This document shows, piece by piece, positions 36,162 through 46,264 of a stretch of 64,000 bases of DNA (the first letter of the stretch is position 1; every line of letters starts with the position of its first letter). The position numbers and the translations under genes are program-made. Below the pieces are notes generated by a model, which saw nothing but the letters and a program-made list of their open reading frames with translations, was not told where the DNA came from and made no database searches. Origin of the DNA: Candidatus Binatia bacterium (lineage in GTDB: Bacteria; Desulfobacterota; Binatia; DP-6); NCBI GenBank assembly GCA_035295465.1, contig DATGIZ010000035.1, positions 74,677-138,676 of the forward strand. The letters run 5' to 3'.

Positions 36162-37141
36162 CGCCCCCCCTCGGGGACGAGCCGCCCGCGCACCACGGCG
36201 CCGGGGTTGCGCTGGAGGTAGTCCGCCAGCTCCGCGACCGCGTGCGCCGCCGCCGAGATCTCGGTGAGCGCGCGCTCGAGCTCGTAGCCGGCGGGCGCGC
36301 CGGGCCCGACGAGCGCCTGGAGGCTACGGAACGTCGCCTGCGCCTGGTCGAGCGCCGCCGCCGCGCGCCGGGAAGACTCCCGCAGGCTCTCGGCGAGCGG
36401 CGTGACGCCCCGGTCGGCGTCGTCGGCGAGGCGGCGCACGCTCTTCGCCGCCGCGCCCAGGTCCTTCACGGCGTCGTCGAGCCCGTCGGCCGCCGCCTGG
36501 ACCTTGGGCGAGGTGACCAGCCGCTTGACGCCGTCGACCGCGTCGGTGACCGAGTCCGCGAGCCGGCGCACGTCGATCTCGTCGAGCTCGGCGACGATCC
36601 GCGCCGCTCGCGCCTGCACCTCCTCGAGCGGCGTCGGGATGGTCGGGATCTCGGGATACGGCGCGCGCGGATCGCTGACGAGCTTGATCGGCGTGCCCGG
36701 GTGGAAGTCGAGATCGACGTAGAGGACGCCGGTGACGATGCTCTCGATGCCGAGCTGGCCGCGCAGCCCCTCCCGTACCAGCCCTTCCATCATGCGCGGG
36801 CTCACGATGTCGAAGGGCGCGCCGCGCTTGGTGATCTTGTCGGCGTCGAGCTCGATGACCACCGGGATGCTCACGTTGGCCGCGGTGCGCCGCGCGCCGG
36901 TCAGGTTGAGCGCGATCTGGTCGACGGATCCCACCTCCACCCCCTTGAACTTCACCGCGGCGCCGACCCGCAGCCCGTTCACCGAGCTGTCGAAGTAGAG
37001 CACGAAGCGCTGCGCGTGCCGGAAGAGCCGCCCCGAGCCGAAGGCGAGGACGCCCGCCACGGCGAGCGCCGCCGCCCCGACCACGAAGGCGCCGACGGCG
37101 GTCGCGCTCGGCCGCCTACCCACGCGCGCCGTCCTCGCCAC
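36158..37141 (-). CDS. mlaD: MCE/MlaD family protein
   Basis: N-terminal TM then an MCE domain (VKFKGVEVGSVDQIAL); a long helical C-terminus. Confidence 0.8.
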   Translation of the reverse strand: MARTARVGRRPSATAVGAFVVGAAALAVAGVLAFGSGRLFRHAQRFVLYFDSSVNGLRVGAAVKFKGVEVGSVDQIALNLTGARRTAANVSIPVVIELDADKITKRGAPFDIVSPRMMEGLVREGLRGQLGIESIVTGVLYVDLDFHPGTPIKLVSDPRAPYPEIPTIPTPLEEVQARAARIVAELDEIDVRRLADSVTDAVDGVKRLVTSPKVQAAADGLDDAVKDLGAAAKSVRRLADDADRGVTPLAESLRESSRRAAAALDQAQATFRSLQALVGPGAPAGYELERALTEISAAAHAVAELADYLQRNPGAVVRGRLVPEGGR

Positions 37142-37880
37142 GGCGCAGGAAGCGGCGCACCGTCGGGTTCTCGCAGTGGTCGCGCAGCTCGCGCGGCGGC
37201 CCGTGCGCGACGATCGTGCGGCTCTCCGCGTCGAGAAAGATGCTGTCGGTGCCGATCGCGAAGATGCTCGCCAGCTCGTGGGTCACGACGACGATCGTCG
37301 CGCCGAGGCTGTCGCGCAGCTCGAGGATCAGGTCGTCGAGGAGGCGCGAGCTGATCGGGTCGAGGCCTGCCGACGGCTCGTCGAAGAACAGGATGTCGGG
37401 GTCGAGCGCCATCGCGCGCGCGAGCCCGGCGCGCTTCTGCATGCCGCCGCTGATCTGCGCGGGGTAGAAGTCCTCGAAGCCCCGGAGCCCCACCAGCGCG
37501 AGCTTGAGCGCCGCGACCTCGCGGATCTCGGCGGGCCGCAGCGTGGTGAACTCCTCGAGCGGCAGGCTCACGTTCTCGGCGAGCGTCATCGAGCTCCAGA
37601 GCGCGCCGCTCTGGTAGAGGACGCCGAAGCGGCGCACCATCCGCTCGCGGGTCGCGGGGTCGGCACGGGTGAAGCTCTCGCCGTCGTAGAGGACCTCGCC
37701 CGCGGCGGGCTCGGCGAGGCCCACCATGTGGCGCAGCAGCGTGCTCTTGCCGCTCCCGCTACCCCCCATGACCACGAACACGTCGCCGCGGCGGACGCTG
37801 AAGTCGAGGTCGCGCATGAGCACGTAGCTGCCGTAGGCCATCGTCAAGTGCCGGACCGTGATGTGCGCCTCGGCCGCCAT
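37116..37880 (-). CDS. mlaF: ABC transporter ATP-binding protein (MlaF-like)
   Basis: Walker A GGSGSGKST; signature ISGGMQKR; Walker B ILFFDEP. Confidence 0.9.
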   Translation of the reverse strand: MAAEAHITVRHLTMAYGSYVLMRDLDFSVRRGDVFVVMGGSGSGKSTLLRHMVGLAEPAAGEVLYDGESFTRADPATRERMVRRFGVLYQSGALWSSMTLAENVSLPLEEFTTLRPAEIREVAALKLALVGLRGFEDFYPAQISGGMQKRAGLARAMALDPDILFFDEPSAGLDPISSRLLDDLILELRDSLGATIVVVTHELASIFAIGTDSIFLDAESRTIVAHGPPRELRDHCENPTVRRFLRRGEDGARG

Positions 37881-39023
37881 TTAGATCCCCAGCACCCAAA
37901 ACACGACCGCGAACAGGCCGCAGGCGCAGATGATCCACACGATGCTGGTGACCACGGCGGCGGTCGTGGCCTCCCCCACGGCCGCCGAGCTGTCACCCGA
38001 TTGCATGCCCCGGAGACACCCGGCGAGCGCCACGAGCACGCCGTAGACGCCCGCCTTGAAGACGCCGCCGGCGAGGTCGGTGAGCGTGACCGCGCCGGTG
38101 GTCTGCTGGAGGTAGACGACCGGCGAGAGGTGGAGCATGCCGACGCCGACCGCGGCACCGCCGAGCACGCCGAGCAGGTCCGAGTAGAGGCAGAGCAGCG
38201 GCATCATCACGCACAGCGCCACGAGCCGTGGCAGCACGAGGAACTCGTGCGGCGAGATGCCCATGGTGGCGAGCGCGTCGATCTCCTGCGTCACCGTCAT
38301 GCTGCCGAGCTGTGCGGCGAACGCCGCCCCGCTGCGCCCGGCCATCACGATCGCCGTCATCATCGCGCCCATCTCGCGCACCACCGCGATCCCGACGAGG
38401 TTCGCCACGTAGATCTGGGCGCCGAACTGCTGGAGCTGCACGGCGCCGACGAAGGCGAGGATCGCGCCGACGAGAAAGCTGATGAGGGAGACGATCGGCA
38501 GCGCGTCGGCCCCCACCTGCTGGACGAGGAGGAGCAGGTCCACCCGCCGATAGCGCGCGCGGCCGCGGAGCAGCCTCCCGAGCGTCATCGTGGCCTCGCC
38601 GAGGAAGCGCAGCATCTCGGCGCCCGCCGCGCCGGCGGCGAGCGCCCGGCCGCCGATGCGCGCGAGCATCGGCGGCCGCGCCGCCCGGGGGCGGGCGTCG
38701 GTCTTCTCCGGCACGGCCGCGGCGAGCGCGAGCAGGCGGCGCGCGCCGGCGGGCAGGCCCGCGGGGTCGAGCGCCACGCCGCGCGCCGCGCACGCGGCGC
38801 CCAGCGCGGCGACGAAGGTCACGACGCCGCTGTCCCAGGCGCGCAGCGCGGTGGTGTCGAAGGCCACGCGCCGCACGCCGGGCGCGGCGAGCGCGTCGTC
38901 CACGGGGGCGGTCGGGGGCACGCCCCGCTCCTGGAGCCGCCAGCTCCCCGCCAGGCCGACGACGAGCGTGTCGCCCTCGCGCTGGAGCCGCACACCCTCC
39001 CCCGCCGCGGTCCCCGTGCTCAT
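37881..39023 (-). CDS. mlaE: MlaE-family ABC permease with an N-terminal STAS (MlaB-like) domain fusion
   Basis: An N-terminal STAS-like region of about 120 aa, then an MlaE permease core; the ATG overlaps the PFK stop (ATGA). Confidence 0.82.
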   Translation of the reverse strand: MSTGTAAGEGVRLQREGDTLVVGLAGSWRLQERGVPPTAPVDDALAAPGVRRVAFDTTALRAWDSGVVTFVAALGAACAARGVALDPAGLPAGARRLLALAAAVPEKTDARPRAARPPMLARIGGRALAAGAAGAEMLRFLGEATMTLGRLLRGRARYRRVDLLLLVQQVGADALPIVSLISFLVGAILAFVGAVQLQQFGAQIYVANLVGIAVVREMGAMMTAIVMAGRSGAAFAAQLGSMTVTQEIDALATMGISPHEFLVLPRLVALCVMMPLLCLYSDLLGVLGGAAVGVGMLHLSPVVYLQQTTGAVTLTDLAGGVFKAGVYGVLVALAGCLRGMQSGDSSAAVGEATTAAVVTSIVWIICACGLFAVVFWVLGI

Positions 39024-40381
39024 CCGCCCGGGGTTCTAGCGCGGCGGCGCCGCCGCGGTCGAGGCAGGGGGCCCGCGCCGAGCAACGTCCCGGGCTGGCC
39101 GGTGGCCTCGAGCACGCGCTGCCACTCCTCGCCGGCGGGGTCGAGCCGGCGCGGGGCGCGCACGGCGAGCGGGATCGGCACGTGCACGAAGCGCTGGTTC
39201 CACCACCCGATCACGACGTTGGTGCGCCCCGCCATGCCCGCGTGCACGGCGTGCTGGCCGAGCACGAGGCAGTACCGCGCGTCGGTCGCCCCCGCCGGCA
39301 GGCTGCGGATGGCGTAGCTCGGGTCGAGGTAGCGCACGGTGACCGGCGTCCTCCGCCGCGCGAAGTGGGCCACGATGCGGTCGCGCAGGAAGACGCCGAC
39401 GTCGGCGAGCCGCACGTTCCCCGAGGCGTCGTACGTGAGCGGTCCGGGTCGCCGCGCGTGCTCCTGGCCCGCCCCCTCGGCAACCACGATCACGGCGTGG
39501 CGCTTGGCCTCGAGCCGCCGCTCGAGGGCGTCGAGGAGACCGCCGCGGCCCTCGAGCCCGAACGGCACCTCGGGCACGAGGCAGAAGTTCACGTCGCTGC
39601 TCGCGAGCGTCGCCGCGGCGGCGATGAACCCCGCGTGCCGCCCCATGAGCTTCACCAGCCCGACGCCGTTCCATGCCGCCCGCGCCTCGACGTGCGCGGC
39701 CTGCACGACCGCCCGCGCCGCCTCGACGGCGGTGGCGAAGCCGAAGCTCCGCCACGTCCACCCGAGGTCGTTGTCGATGGTCTTGGGAATGCCGACGACG
39801 GCGATCGCGCGGCGGCGCCGTGCGATCTCGGCGGCGATCGCGGCCGCGCCGCGCAACCCGCCGTCGCCGCCGCACACGAACAAAATGCCGACACGGCAGC
39901 GCTCGAGCGTGTCGACCATCTCGCGGACGTCCTGGGGGCCGCGGGAGGCGCCGAGCAACGTGCCCCCGTGCTCGTGCAGCGCGTCGACCACCGCGGGCGT
40001 GAGCACGAGCGGCGCGTGGCCGGCGCGCGCGGAGAGGCCCGCGTAGCCGTAGCGGAAGCCGAGCACGCGCCGCACGCCGTAGCCGTAGTGAAGCTCGAGC
40101 ACGAGCGCGCGGATGACGTTGTTCAGCCCGGGGCAGAGGCCGCCGCAGGTGACGATGCCGCAGGTGAGCCGGCGCGGCGCGAAGAAGAGGCGCGCGCGCG
40201 GCCCGGCCGGCTCGAACGACGGCGGCGGCAGGCCGCTGCGCACGAAGGGCTCGAGGCCGCCGAGGCTCGACGCGAGCAGCACGCGGTCGGCCTCGTCGAC
40301 GAAGGGCGCAGCCGGCGCGGGGCGGCGGCACGGGCCGAGGGTCGGCACGGCGAGCTCGGCCGGGGTGGGCGAGCCCGTCAT
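39020..40381 (-). CDS. pfk: 6-phosphofructokinase (PfkA family, long form)
   Basis: GGLCPGLNNVIRA, CGGDGG, GIPKTIDNDL and MGR motifs; only the C-terminal 454 aa of the 1000-aa track ORF is real; the ATG overlaps the RND stop (ATGA). Confidence 0.9.
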   Translation of the reverse strand: MTGSPTPAELAVPTLGPCRRPAPAAPFVDEADRVLLASSLGGLEPFVRSGLPPPSFEPAGPRARLFFAPRRLTCGIVTCGGLCPGLNNVIRALVLELHYGYGVRRVLGFRYGYAGLSARAGHAPLVLTPAVVDALHEHGGTLLGASRGPQDVREMVDTLERCRVGILFVCGGDGGLRGAAAIAAEIARRRRAIAVVGIPKTIDNDLGWTWRSFGFATAVEAARAVVQAAHVEARAAWNGVGLVKLMGRHAGFIAAAATLASSDVNFCLVPEVPFGLEGRGGLLDALERRLEAKRHAVIVVAEGAGQEHARRPGPLTYDASGNVRLADVGVFLRDRIVAHFARRRTPVTVRYLDPSYAIRSLPAGATDARYCLVLGQHAVHAGMAGRTNVVIGWWNQRFVHVPIPLAVRAPRRLDPAGEEWQRVLEATGQPGTLLGAGPLPRPRRRRRARTPGG

Positions 40382-43300
40382 TGCGGCGGCGCCCCCGCGC
40401 GCGCCGCGCGGCGCTCGCTCAGGCCCTGGAAGGTCACGTAGAAGACCGGGGCGAACAGCACCGCGAGGAAGGTCGAGGTGATCATCCCGCCGAAGACCGC
40501 GGTGCCGAGGGCGCGGCGGCTCGCCGCGCCCGCGCCGGCGGCGATCACCAGCGGGTAGACGCCGAGGATGAAGGCGAACGACGTCATGAGGATCGGCCGG
40601 AAGCGCAGGCGCGCCGCCTCGATCGCGGCCTCGGCGAGCGGGCGCCCCGCCGCGCGCTGCGCCCGCGCGAACTCCACGATGAGGATCGCGTTCTTGCTCG
40701 CCAGCGCGATCAGCAGCACGACGCCGATCTGCGTGTAGACGTTGTTGTCCATGCCGCGCAACGCCACCGCGATCACCGTCCCGAGCAGCGCCAGCGGCAC
40801 CACCAGCACCACCGCCGCCGGGTTGCTCCAGCTCTCGTACTGGGCGGCGAGGACGAGGTAGACGAGCAGCACCGCGAGCCCGAAGACGAGGAACGCCTCG
40901 CCGCCCACCTTCTTCTCCTGGTACGACATGGCCGTCCACTCGTAGCCCATCCGCTGCGGCAGCTTGGCCGCCGCCATCTGCTCCATGAGCGACAGCGCGT
41001 CGCCCGAGCTGTAGCCGGGGGCGGCCTCGCCGGTGAGCGCGGCGGAGGGATAGAGGTTGTAGCGGGTGACGAGCTGCGGGCCGAGCTTCTCGTGCACGTC
41101 GACGAGCGTCGCCAGCGGGACCATGGCGCCGGCAGGGTTGCGGACGTCGAGGCGACGGACGTCGTCGGCCGAGGTGCGGAAGGCGGGCTCGGCCTGCACG
41201 CGCACCTGGTAGGTGCGGCCGAAGCGGTTGAAGTCGTTGACGTAGACCGAGCCGAGGTAGGCCTGGAGGGTACCGAAGACGCTGCCGAGCGGGATGCCGA
41301 GCGTCTTCACCTTGGTGCGGTCGACGTCCGCGTAGAGCTGGGGCACGCCCGCGCGGAAGGTCGTGTTGAGCGCGGTGAGGCCCGACTGCGCCATGCCGTC
41401 GTGGATCATCTCCTGCGCCATCTCCTGGAGGGCGACGAGCCCGACGCCGCCGCGGTCCTCGAGCTGCATCTGGAAGCCGCCGGTGGTGCCGAGCCCGCGG
41501 ATGGCCGGCGGCGGGAAGACGAACGTGATCCCCTCCTCGACGCGGGAGAACTCCTGCCGCAGGTGCGCGAGGATGGCGTCCTGCGAGAGGCGCGGATCGC
41601 GGCGCCGCTCCCACGGCGCGAACACGACGTAGAACGCCGCCGCGTTCGAGGCGGCGGCGCCGTCGAGCACCGAGTAGCCGCCGATCGAGTTCCAGTCGGC
41701 CACCCCGGGGGTGGCGGCGATGATGCGGTTCATCCGCTCGACCACGGCGGCCGTGCGCGCCTGGGAGGCCGCGTCGGGGAGCTGCACGCCGGCGATCACG
41801 TAGCCCTGGTCCTCGGTGGGAAGGAAGCCGGTCGGCAGCGCGGCGTAGCCCCACAGCGTGACCGCGATCAGCGCCACGAAGACGAGCAGCATCGCCCGTG
41901 GCCGGCGGACCATCCCGGCGACGACGCCCACGTACGCGCGCTCGAGCTGCGCATAGGCGGCGTTGAAGGCACGGGCGAACGGGTTGCGGTGCGCGCGCGT
42001 CGGGCGCAGCCACACGGCGCACTGCGCGGGCTTGAGGGTGAGCGCGTTCACCGCGCTGATCGCCGCGGTGACGGCGATGGTGAGCGCGAACTGCCGGTAG
42101 AGCTGGCCGGTGATCCCGCCCAGGAAGGCCGAGGGCAGAAACACCGCCATCAGCACGGCGGTGATCCCGATCACCGGCCCGGTCACCTCGTTCATCGCCC
42201 GGATCGTCGCATCGCGCGGGCTCAGACCGTCGCGATCGATGTGGTGCGCGGCGTTCTCCACGATCACGATCGCGTCGTCGACCACGATCCCGATCGCGAG
42301 CACGAGACCGAAGAGCGTGAGCAGGTTCACGGTGAAGCCGAACGCCGCCATGCCCGTGAACGCGCCGACGATGGTCACCGGCACCGTCGTCGCCGGCACG
42401 ACCAGCGCGCGCCAGTCCTGGAGGAAGGCGAGGATCACGACCAGCACCAGCACGCCGGCCTCGAGGAGCGTGCGGTAGACCTCGTTGATCGCCTGGCGCA
42501 CGAACCTGGTCGTGTCGAACGGGATGTCGTACACGACGCCCTCGGGGAACGATCCCTTGAGCTGGTCCATCGTCTCGCGCACGCGCGTGGCCACCTCGAG
42601 CGCGTTGGCGCCGGGGAGCTGAAAGATCGCGATGCCCGCCGCGGGCTTGCCCCCCTTCTGGAAGAACTGGTCGTAGACCTGGCTGCCGAGCTCCACCCGC
42701 GCGACGTCGCGCAGCCGGGTGATGCGCGCGCCCGCGGCCTTCACCACGATGTCCTCGAACTGCGCGACGTCCCGCAGCCGGCCGAGCGTCGTCACGGTGT
42801 ACTGGAAAACCTGGCCCGGCGGCACCGGCGGCTGCCCGATCTGCCCGGCGGCGACCTGCACGTTCTGCTCCTCGATCGCCGCCACGACGTCCTGCGTGGT
42901 GAGGCCGCGGGCCTTCAGCCGCGGGGGGTCGAGCCAGATGCGCATGCTGTAGTCGCCGGCGCCGAAGATCGTCACGTCGCCGACGCCATAGATCCGGCTG
43001 AGCGCGTCGCGCAGGTGGATCGTGGCGTAGTTGGTGAGGTAGAGGCTGTCGTACCGCTCGTCGGGCGAGGTGAGCGTGACGAACTGGATGATGTTCGTCG
43101 ACTGCTTCTTGGTGGTGATCCCCTGCCGCTTCACCTCGTCGGGGAGCAGGGGCTGCGCGATCGCGACCCGGTTCTGCACCAGAACCTGCGCGATGTCGAG
43201 GTCGGTGCCGACGTCGAAGGTGACGGTGAGCTTGTAGGAGCCGTCGCTGGCGCTGGTCGACGACATGTAGAGCATGTGCTCGACGCCGTTCACCTGCTGC

Positions 43301-43500
43301 TCGATGGGCTGGGCGACCGTGTCGGCGACCACCTGGGCGTCGGCGCCCGGGTAGACGGTCGAGACCTGGACGGTCGGCGGCGTGATCTGCGGGTACTGCT
43401 CGATCGGCAGCGCGCGCAGGGTCACCAGCCCGAAGATGATCGTGACGATCGCGATGACGTTGGCGAAGATCGGCCGATCGATGAAGAACCGCGAGATCAT
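40378..43500 (-). CDS. efflux RND transporter permease (AcrB/MexB family)
   Basis: 1040 aa with 12-TM RND architecture; N-terminus MISRFFIDRPIFANVIAIV. Confidence 0.95.
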   Translation of the reverse strand: MISRFFIDRPIFANVIAIVTIIFGLVTLRALPIEQYPQITPPTVQVSTVYPGADAQVVADTVAQPIEQQVNGVEHMLYMSSTSASDGSYKLTVTFDVGTDLDIAQVLVQNRVAIAQPLLPDEVKRQGITTKKQSTNIIQFVTLTSPDERYDSLYLTNYATIHLRDALSRIYGVGDVTIFGAGDYSMRIWLDPPRLKARGLTTQDVVAAIEEQNVQVAAGQIGQPPVPPGQVFQYTVTTLGRLRDVAQFEDIVVKAAGARITRLRDVARVELGSQVYDQFFQKGGKPAAGIAIFQLPGANALEVATRVRETMDQLKGSFPEGVVYDIPFDTTRFVRQAINEVYRTLLEAGVLVLVVILAFLQDWRALVVPATTVPVTIVGAFTGMAAFGFTVNLLTLFGLVLAIGIVVDDAIVIVENAAHHIDRDGLSPRDATIRAMNEVTGPVIGITAVLMAVFLPSAFLGGITGQLYRQFALTIAVTAAISAVNALTLKPAQCAVWLRPTRAHRNPFARAFNAAYAQLERAYVGVVAGMVRRPRAMLLVFVALIAVTLWGYAALPTGFLPTEDQGYVIAGVQLPDAASQARTAAVVERMNRIIAATPGVADWNSIGGYSVLDGAAASNAAAFYVVFAPWERRRDPRLSQDAILAHLRQEFSRVEEGITFVFPPPAIRGLGTTGGFQMQLEDRGGVGLVALQEMAQEMIHDGMAQSGLTALNTTFRAGVPQLYADVDRTKVKTLGIPLGSVFGTLQAYLGSVYVNDFNRFGRTYQVRVQAEPAFRTSADDVRRLDVRNPAGAMVPLATLVDVHEKLGPQLVTRYNLYPSAALTGEAAPGYSSGDALSLMEQMAAAKLPQRMGYEWTAMSYQEKKVGGEAFLVFGLAVLLVYLVLAAQYESWSNPAAVVLVVPLALLGTVIAVALRGMDNNVYTQIGVVLLIALASKNAILIVEFARAQRAAGRPLAEAAIEAARLRFRPILMTSFAFILGVYPLVIAAGAGAASRRALGTAVFGGMITSTFLAVLFAPVFYVTFQGLSERRAARAGAPPQ

Positions 43501-43510
43501 GCCGGCCGCC

Positions 43511-44674
43511 TCAGCGCGCGAGCGGGGCCTCGGGCACCGGCTTGGTCTCGGTGCGCGTCGCCTTCACCACCGCGCCCGGCCGCGCCCGCTGGAGGCCGGC
43601 GACGATCACCCAGTCCTGCGGCCCGATCCCGTCGGTGACGATGCGCATCCCCTCGCCCACCGCCTGGCCCACGTGCACGCGGCGATACGCGACGGCGCCC
43701 CGGTCGTCCACCGTGAGCACGTACTGTCCGCCCTGGTCGGCGGCGAGCGCCACCTCGGGCACGAGTAGCGCGCGCTCCCGCGTGAACGGCAGGCGCACGC
43801 GGCCGAAGAGCCCGGGCACGACGATGTGATCCGGGTTGGGGAAGACCGCACGGATCTCGATCGTGCCCGTGTCCGGGTCGACGCGGTTGCTCGCGTAGTC
43901 GACTTCGCCCGCGTGCGGGAACCCGACGTCGGTGGCGAGCGCGAGGTAGGCGGCGTTCGGCCGGCCCGCCGGCGCCGCGGTCCGGTTCTCGCGCTGCAGC
44001 TCGCGGTAGCGCAGCAGCTCGGACTCGCTCGCCGTGAAGTAGAAGTAGATGGGGTCGTCGCGCACGAGGGTGGCGAGCAGCGTCGCCTCGCCCGCGCCGA
44101 CGAGGTTGCCGACGTCGACCAGGTTGCGGTCGATGCGGCCGTCGAAGGGCGCGTAGATGTGGGTGTAGGAGAGGTCGAGCTTGGCGGCGGCGAGGGTGGC
44201 CTTCGCTCCCTCGACCTGCGCCCGGGCCAGATCGCGCTGCTGGGTCTTGTTGACGAGGTCGGTGCGGCTGCCGGCGGCGCGCCGGAAGATGGCCTGGGTG
44301 ATCTCGAGCTGCTCCTGCGCGGCCCGGTACTGCGCCTCCTTGCCGTCGAGGTCGGCCTGCGCCTGGTCGACGCGGGCCTGGTAGAGCGTGGGCTCGATCA
44401 CGAAGAGGAGCTGGCCTTTGTGCACGGCGCTGCCGGGGACGAACTCGACGCTCTGGAGGTAGCCCTGCACGCGGGCGCGGATGTCCGCGCTCTCGACCGC
44501 GGCGGTGTGCCCGGAGAACTCGGCGTACGTGGTGACCTCCTGCTCCAGGGGGCGGCTCACGGTGACCGGCGGCGGCGGCGGCGGCGCGTAGCGGTTCCCG
44601 CGGCCGCAGGCGGCGAGGAGCGCGAGCGCGAGGGGCAGCGCGCGCGTCACCACTCGGGCCACCACCAGCGCCAT
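43511..44674 (-). CDS. efflux RND transporter periplasmic adaptor (membrane fusion protein)
   Basis: Lipobox LLAACG; MFP barrel/lipoyl motifs; only the C-terminal 387 aa of the 878-aa track ORF is real. Confidence 0.9.
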   Translation of the reverse strand: MALVVARVVTRALPLALALLAACGRGNRYAPPPPPPVTVSRPLEQEVTTYAEFSGHTAAVESADIRARVQGYLQSVEFVPGSAVHKGQLLFVIEPTLYQARVDQAQADLDGKEAQYRAAQEQLEITQAIFRRAAGSRTDLVNKTQQRDLARAQVEGAKATLAAAKLDLSYTHIYAPFDGRIDRNLVDVGNLVGAGEATLLATLVRDDPIYFYFTASESELLRYRELQRENRTAAPAGRPNAAYLALATDVGFPHAGEVDYASNRVDPDTGTIEIRAVFPNPDHIVVPGLFGRVRLPFTRERALLVPEVALAADQGGQYVLTVDDRGAVAYRRVHVGQAVGEGMRIVTDGIGPQDWVIVAGLQRARPGAVVKATRTETKPVPEAPLAR

Positions 44675-46215
44675 TGCCACCAGCGGCGCGGGCGTTCGTC
44701 GGCCGCGGCCCGGGCGACTGCCGCCGCCCCCCGCGCGGCGGCGCGCGGGCCGCCGGCACGCAGCGCGGCGGGCACGAAGTCGTGCCCGTCGCGGATCTCC
44801 CACCCGCCGCCGAGCGCCTTGTAGAGCGCGATCACGCTGAGGGCGACGCTGCCGCGGGTGGACGCGAGCAGATCCTCCTCCTTGAGCTTCGCCTGCTGCG
44901 CGTTGAGCACCGCCGTGTAGTCCGTCGCCCCCTCGCGGTACTGGACCAGGGCCAGCTCGACGGCGCGGTCGGCGGCGGCGACGCTCTCGGTGAGGCGCCG
45001 CACGCGCGCCGTGCCGCGGAGGTAGCCGACGAGCGCGTCTTCGACCTCCTGCTGCGCGAGCAGCACCGCGCTGGCATACGCGAGCGCGAGCTCGTGGAAC
45101 GTCGCGTCCTGAAGCCGCACGTTGCCGACGAGGCGCCCGTAGTTGAGCACCGGCCAGGTGAACGTCGGGCCGGCCATGGCCTGGAACGACCGCCCCTCGA
45201 AGAATTTGGCCGCGTCCTGCGCACTCAACCCGACCGAGCCCGTCAGCTCGAACGCCGGGAGCAGGTCGGCGACCGCCACCCCGATGCGCGCGCTCTGCGC
45301 CGCCGCGGCCAGCTCGGCGCTGCGCACGTCGGGGCGCCGGCGCAGCAGCTCTGCGGGGATGCCGACGGTCACGGTGGCCGGCACCTCGGGGACGTGTCCG
45401 GGGCCGCCGAGCAGCTCGCCCAGGTCCTGCGGCGGCCCGCCGAGCAGGACGCAGAGCGAGTCGACGGCGCGACGCCGCTCGATCTCGAGCGCGGGGATGG
45501 TCGCCTGCGTGTCGCGCAGCAGCGTCGTCGCCTGCTGTACGTCCAGCTCGGACGTGCCGCCCGCCTCCCAGCGCACGCGGGCGATGCGCAGCCCGTCGCG
45601 CTGCGCCCGCACGTTGTCGCGGGCGACCGCGAGCCGCTCGTCGTCGACGCGTACGCCGACGTACGTGGTCGCCACCTCCGCCAGCAGGCTCACCAGCACA
45701 TCGTCGTAGCCGGCGACCGCGCCGAGGAGATCGGCGTCGGCCGCCTCGACGCCGCGGCGCAGCTTGCCCCAGAGGTCGAGCTCCCATGACGCGTCGAACC
45801 CCGCCTGCCAGTTGTCGAAGCCGCGGCCGAAGAAGGGCGGGATCACGCCGTTGGCGCTGAGCAACGTGCGCGTGTAGGCGCCCGTCACCTCCTGCGTCTG
45901 CGGAAAGAGCCCGCCGATGGCGATCGCGCGCCGCGCCTGCGCCTCGAGCACGCGCACGCCGGCGGTGCGCAGCGTGAGGTTCTGCGCGTAGGCCGTCTCG
46001 ACGAGGCGGGTGAGCGTCGGATCCCCGAACGCCGCCCACCAGCGCAGCCCGTCGGCCGGCGTGGCGCGCACCGCAGCCTCGCCCGCTTCGAGCCAGGTCG
46101 CGGCCACCGGGGTGGCAGGACGCACGTAGTTGGGGCCGACCATGCACCCGCTGCCGACGAGGAGCAGGAGGACGGCGGTGCCGGTACGACGATGCGCACC
46201 CCGGTCCGAGGTCAT
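44647..46215 (-). CDS. efflux transporter outer membrane factor (NodT/OprM family lipoprotein)
   Basis: Lipobox LLVGSGC; two repeated OEP halves. Confidence 0.9.
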   Translation of the reverse strand: MTSDRGAHRRTGTAVLLLLVGSGCMVGPNYVRPATPVAATWLEAGEAAVRATPADGLRWWAAFGDPTLTRLVETAYAQNLTLRTAGVRVLEAQARRAIAIGGLFPQTQEVTGAYTRTLLSANGVIPPFFGRGFDNWQAGFDASWELDLWGKLRRGVEAADADLLGAVAGYDDVLVSLLAEVATTYVGVRVDDERLAVARDNVRAQRDGLRIARVRWEAGGTSELDVQQATTLLRDTQATIPALEIERRRAVDSLCVLLGGPPQDLGELLGGPGHVPEVPATVTVGIPAELLRRRPDVRSAELAAAAQSARIGVAVADLLPAFELTGSVGLSAQDAAKFFEGRSFQAMAGPTFTWPVLNYGRLVGNVRLQDATFHELALAYASAVLLAQQEVEDALVGYLRGTARVRRLTESVAAADRAVELALVQYREGATDYTAVLNAQQAKLKEEDLLASTRGSVALSVIALYKALGGGWEIRDGHDFVPAALRAGGPRAAARGAAAVARAAADERPRRWWQWRWWWPEW

Positions 46216-46264
46216 CGGGCAGGGGCTGGTATCGCAGCTTCTCGCCGCCGAGGGAAGCTCGGGC

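Noticed and set aside
39020-42022. 1000-aa ORF on the minus strand
   Set aside because: Only the C-terminal 454 aa (39020-40381) is a genuine 6-phosphofructokinase. The upstream 546 aa is an Arg/Ala-rich alternative-frame read-through across the RND permease gene, which lies in another frame on the same strand.
43511-46147. 878-aa ORF
   Set aside because: The N-terminal roughly 490 aa is a low-complexity out-of-frame read through the outer membrane factor gene. The real membrane fusion protein is the last 387 aa, starting at the ATG at 44674 with a lipobox.
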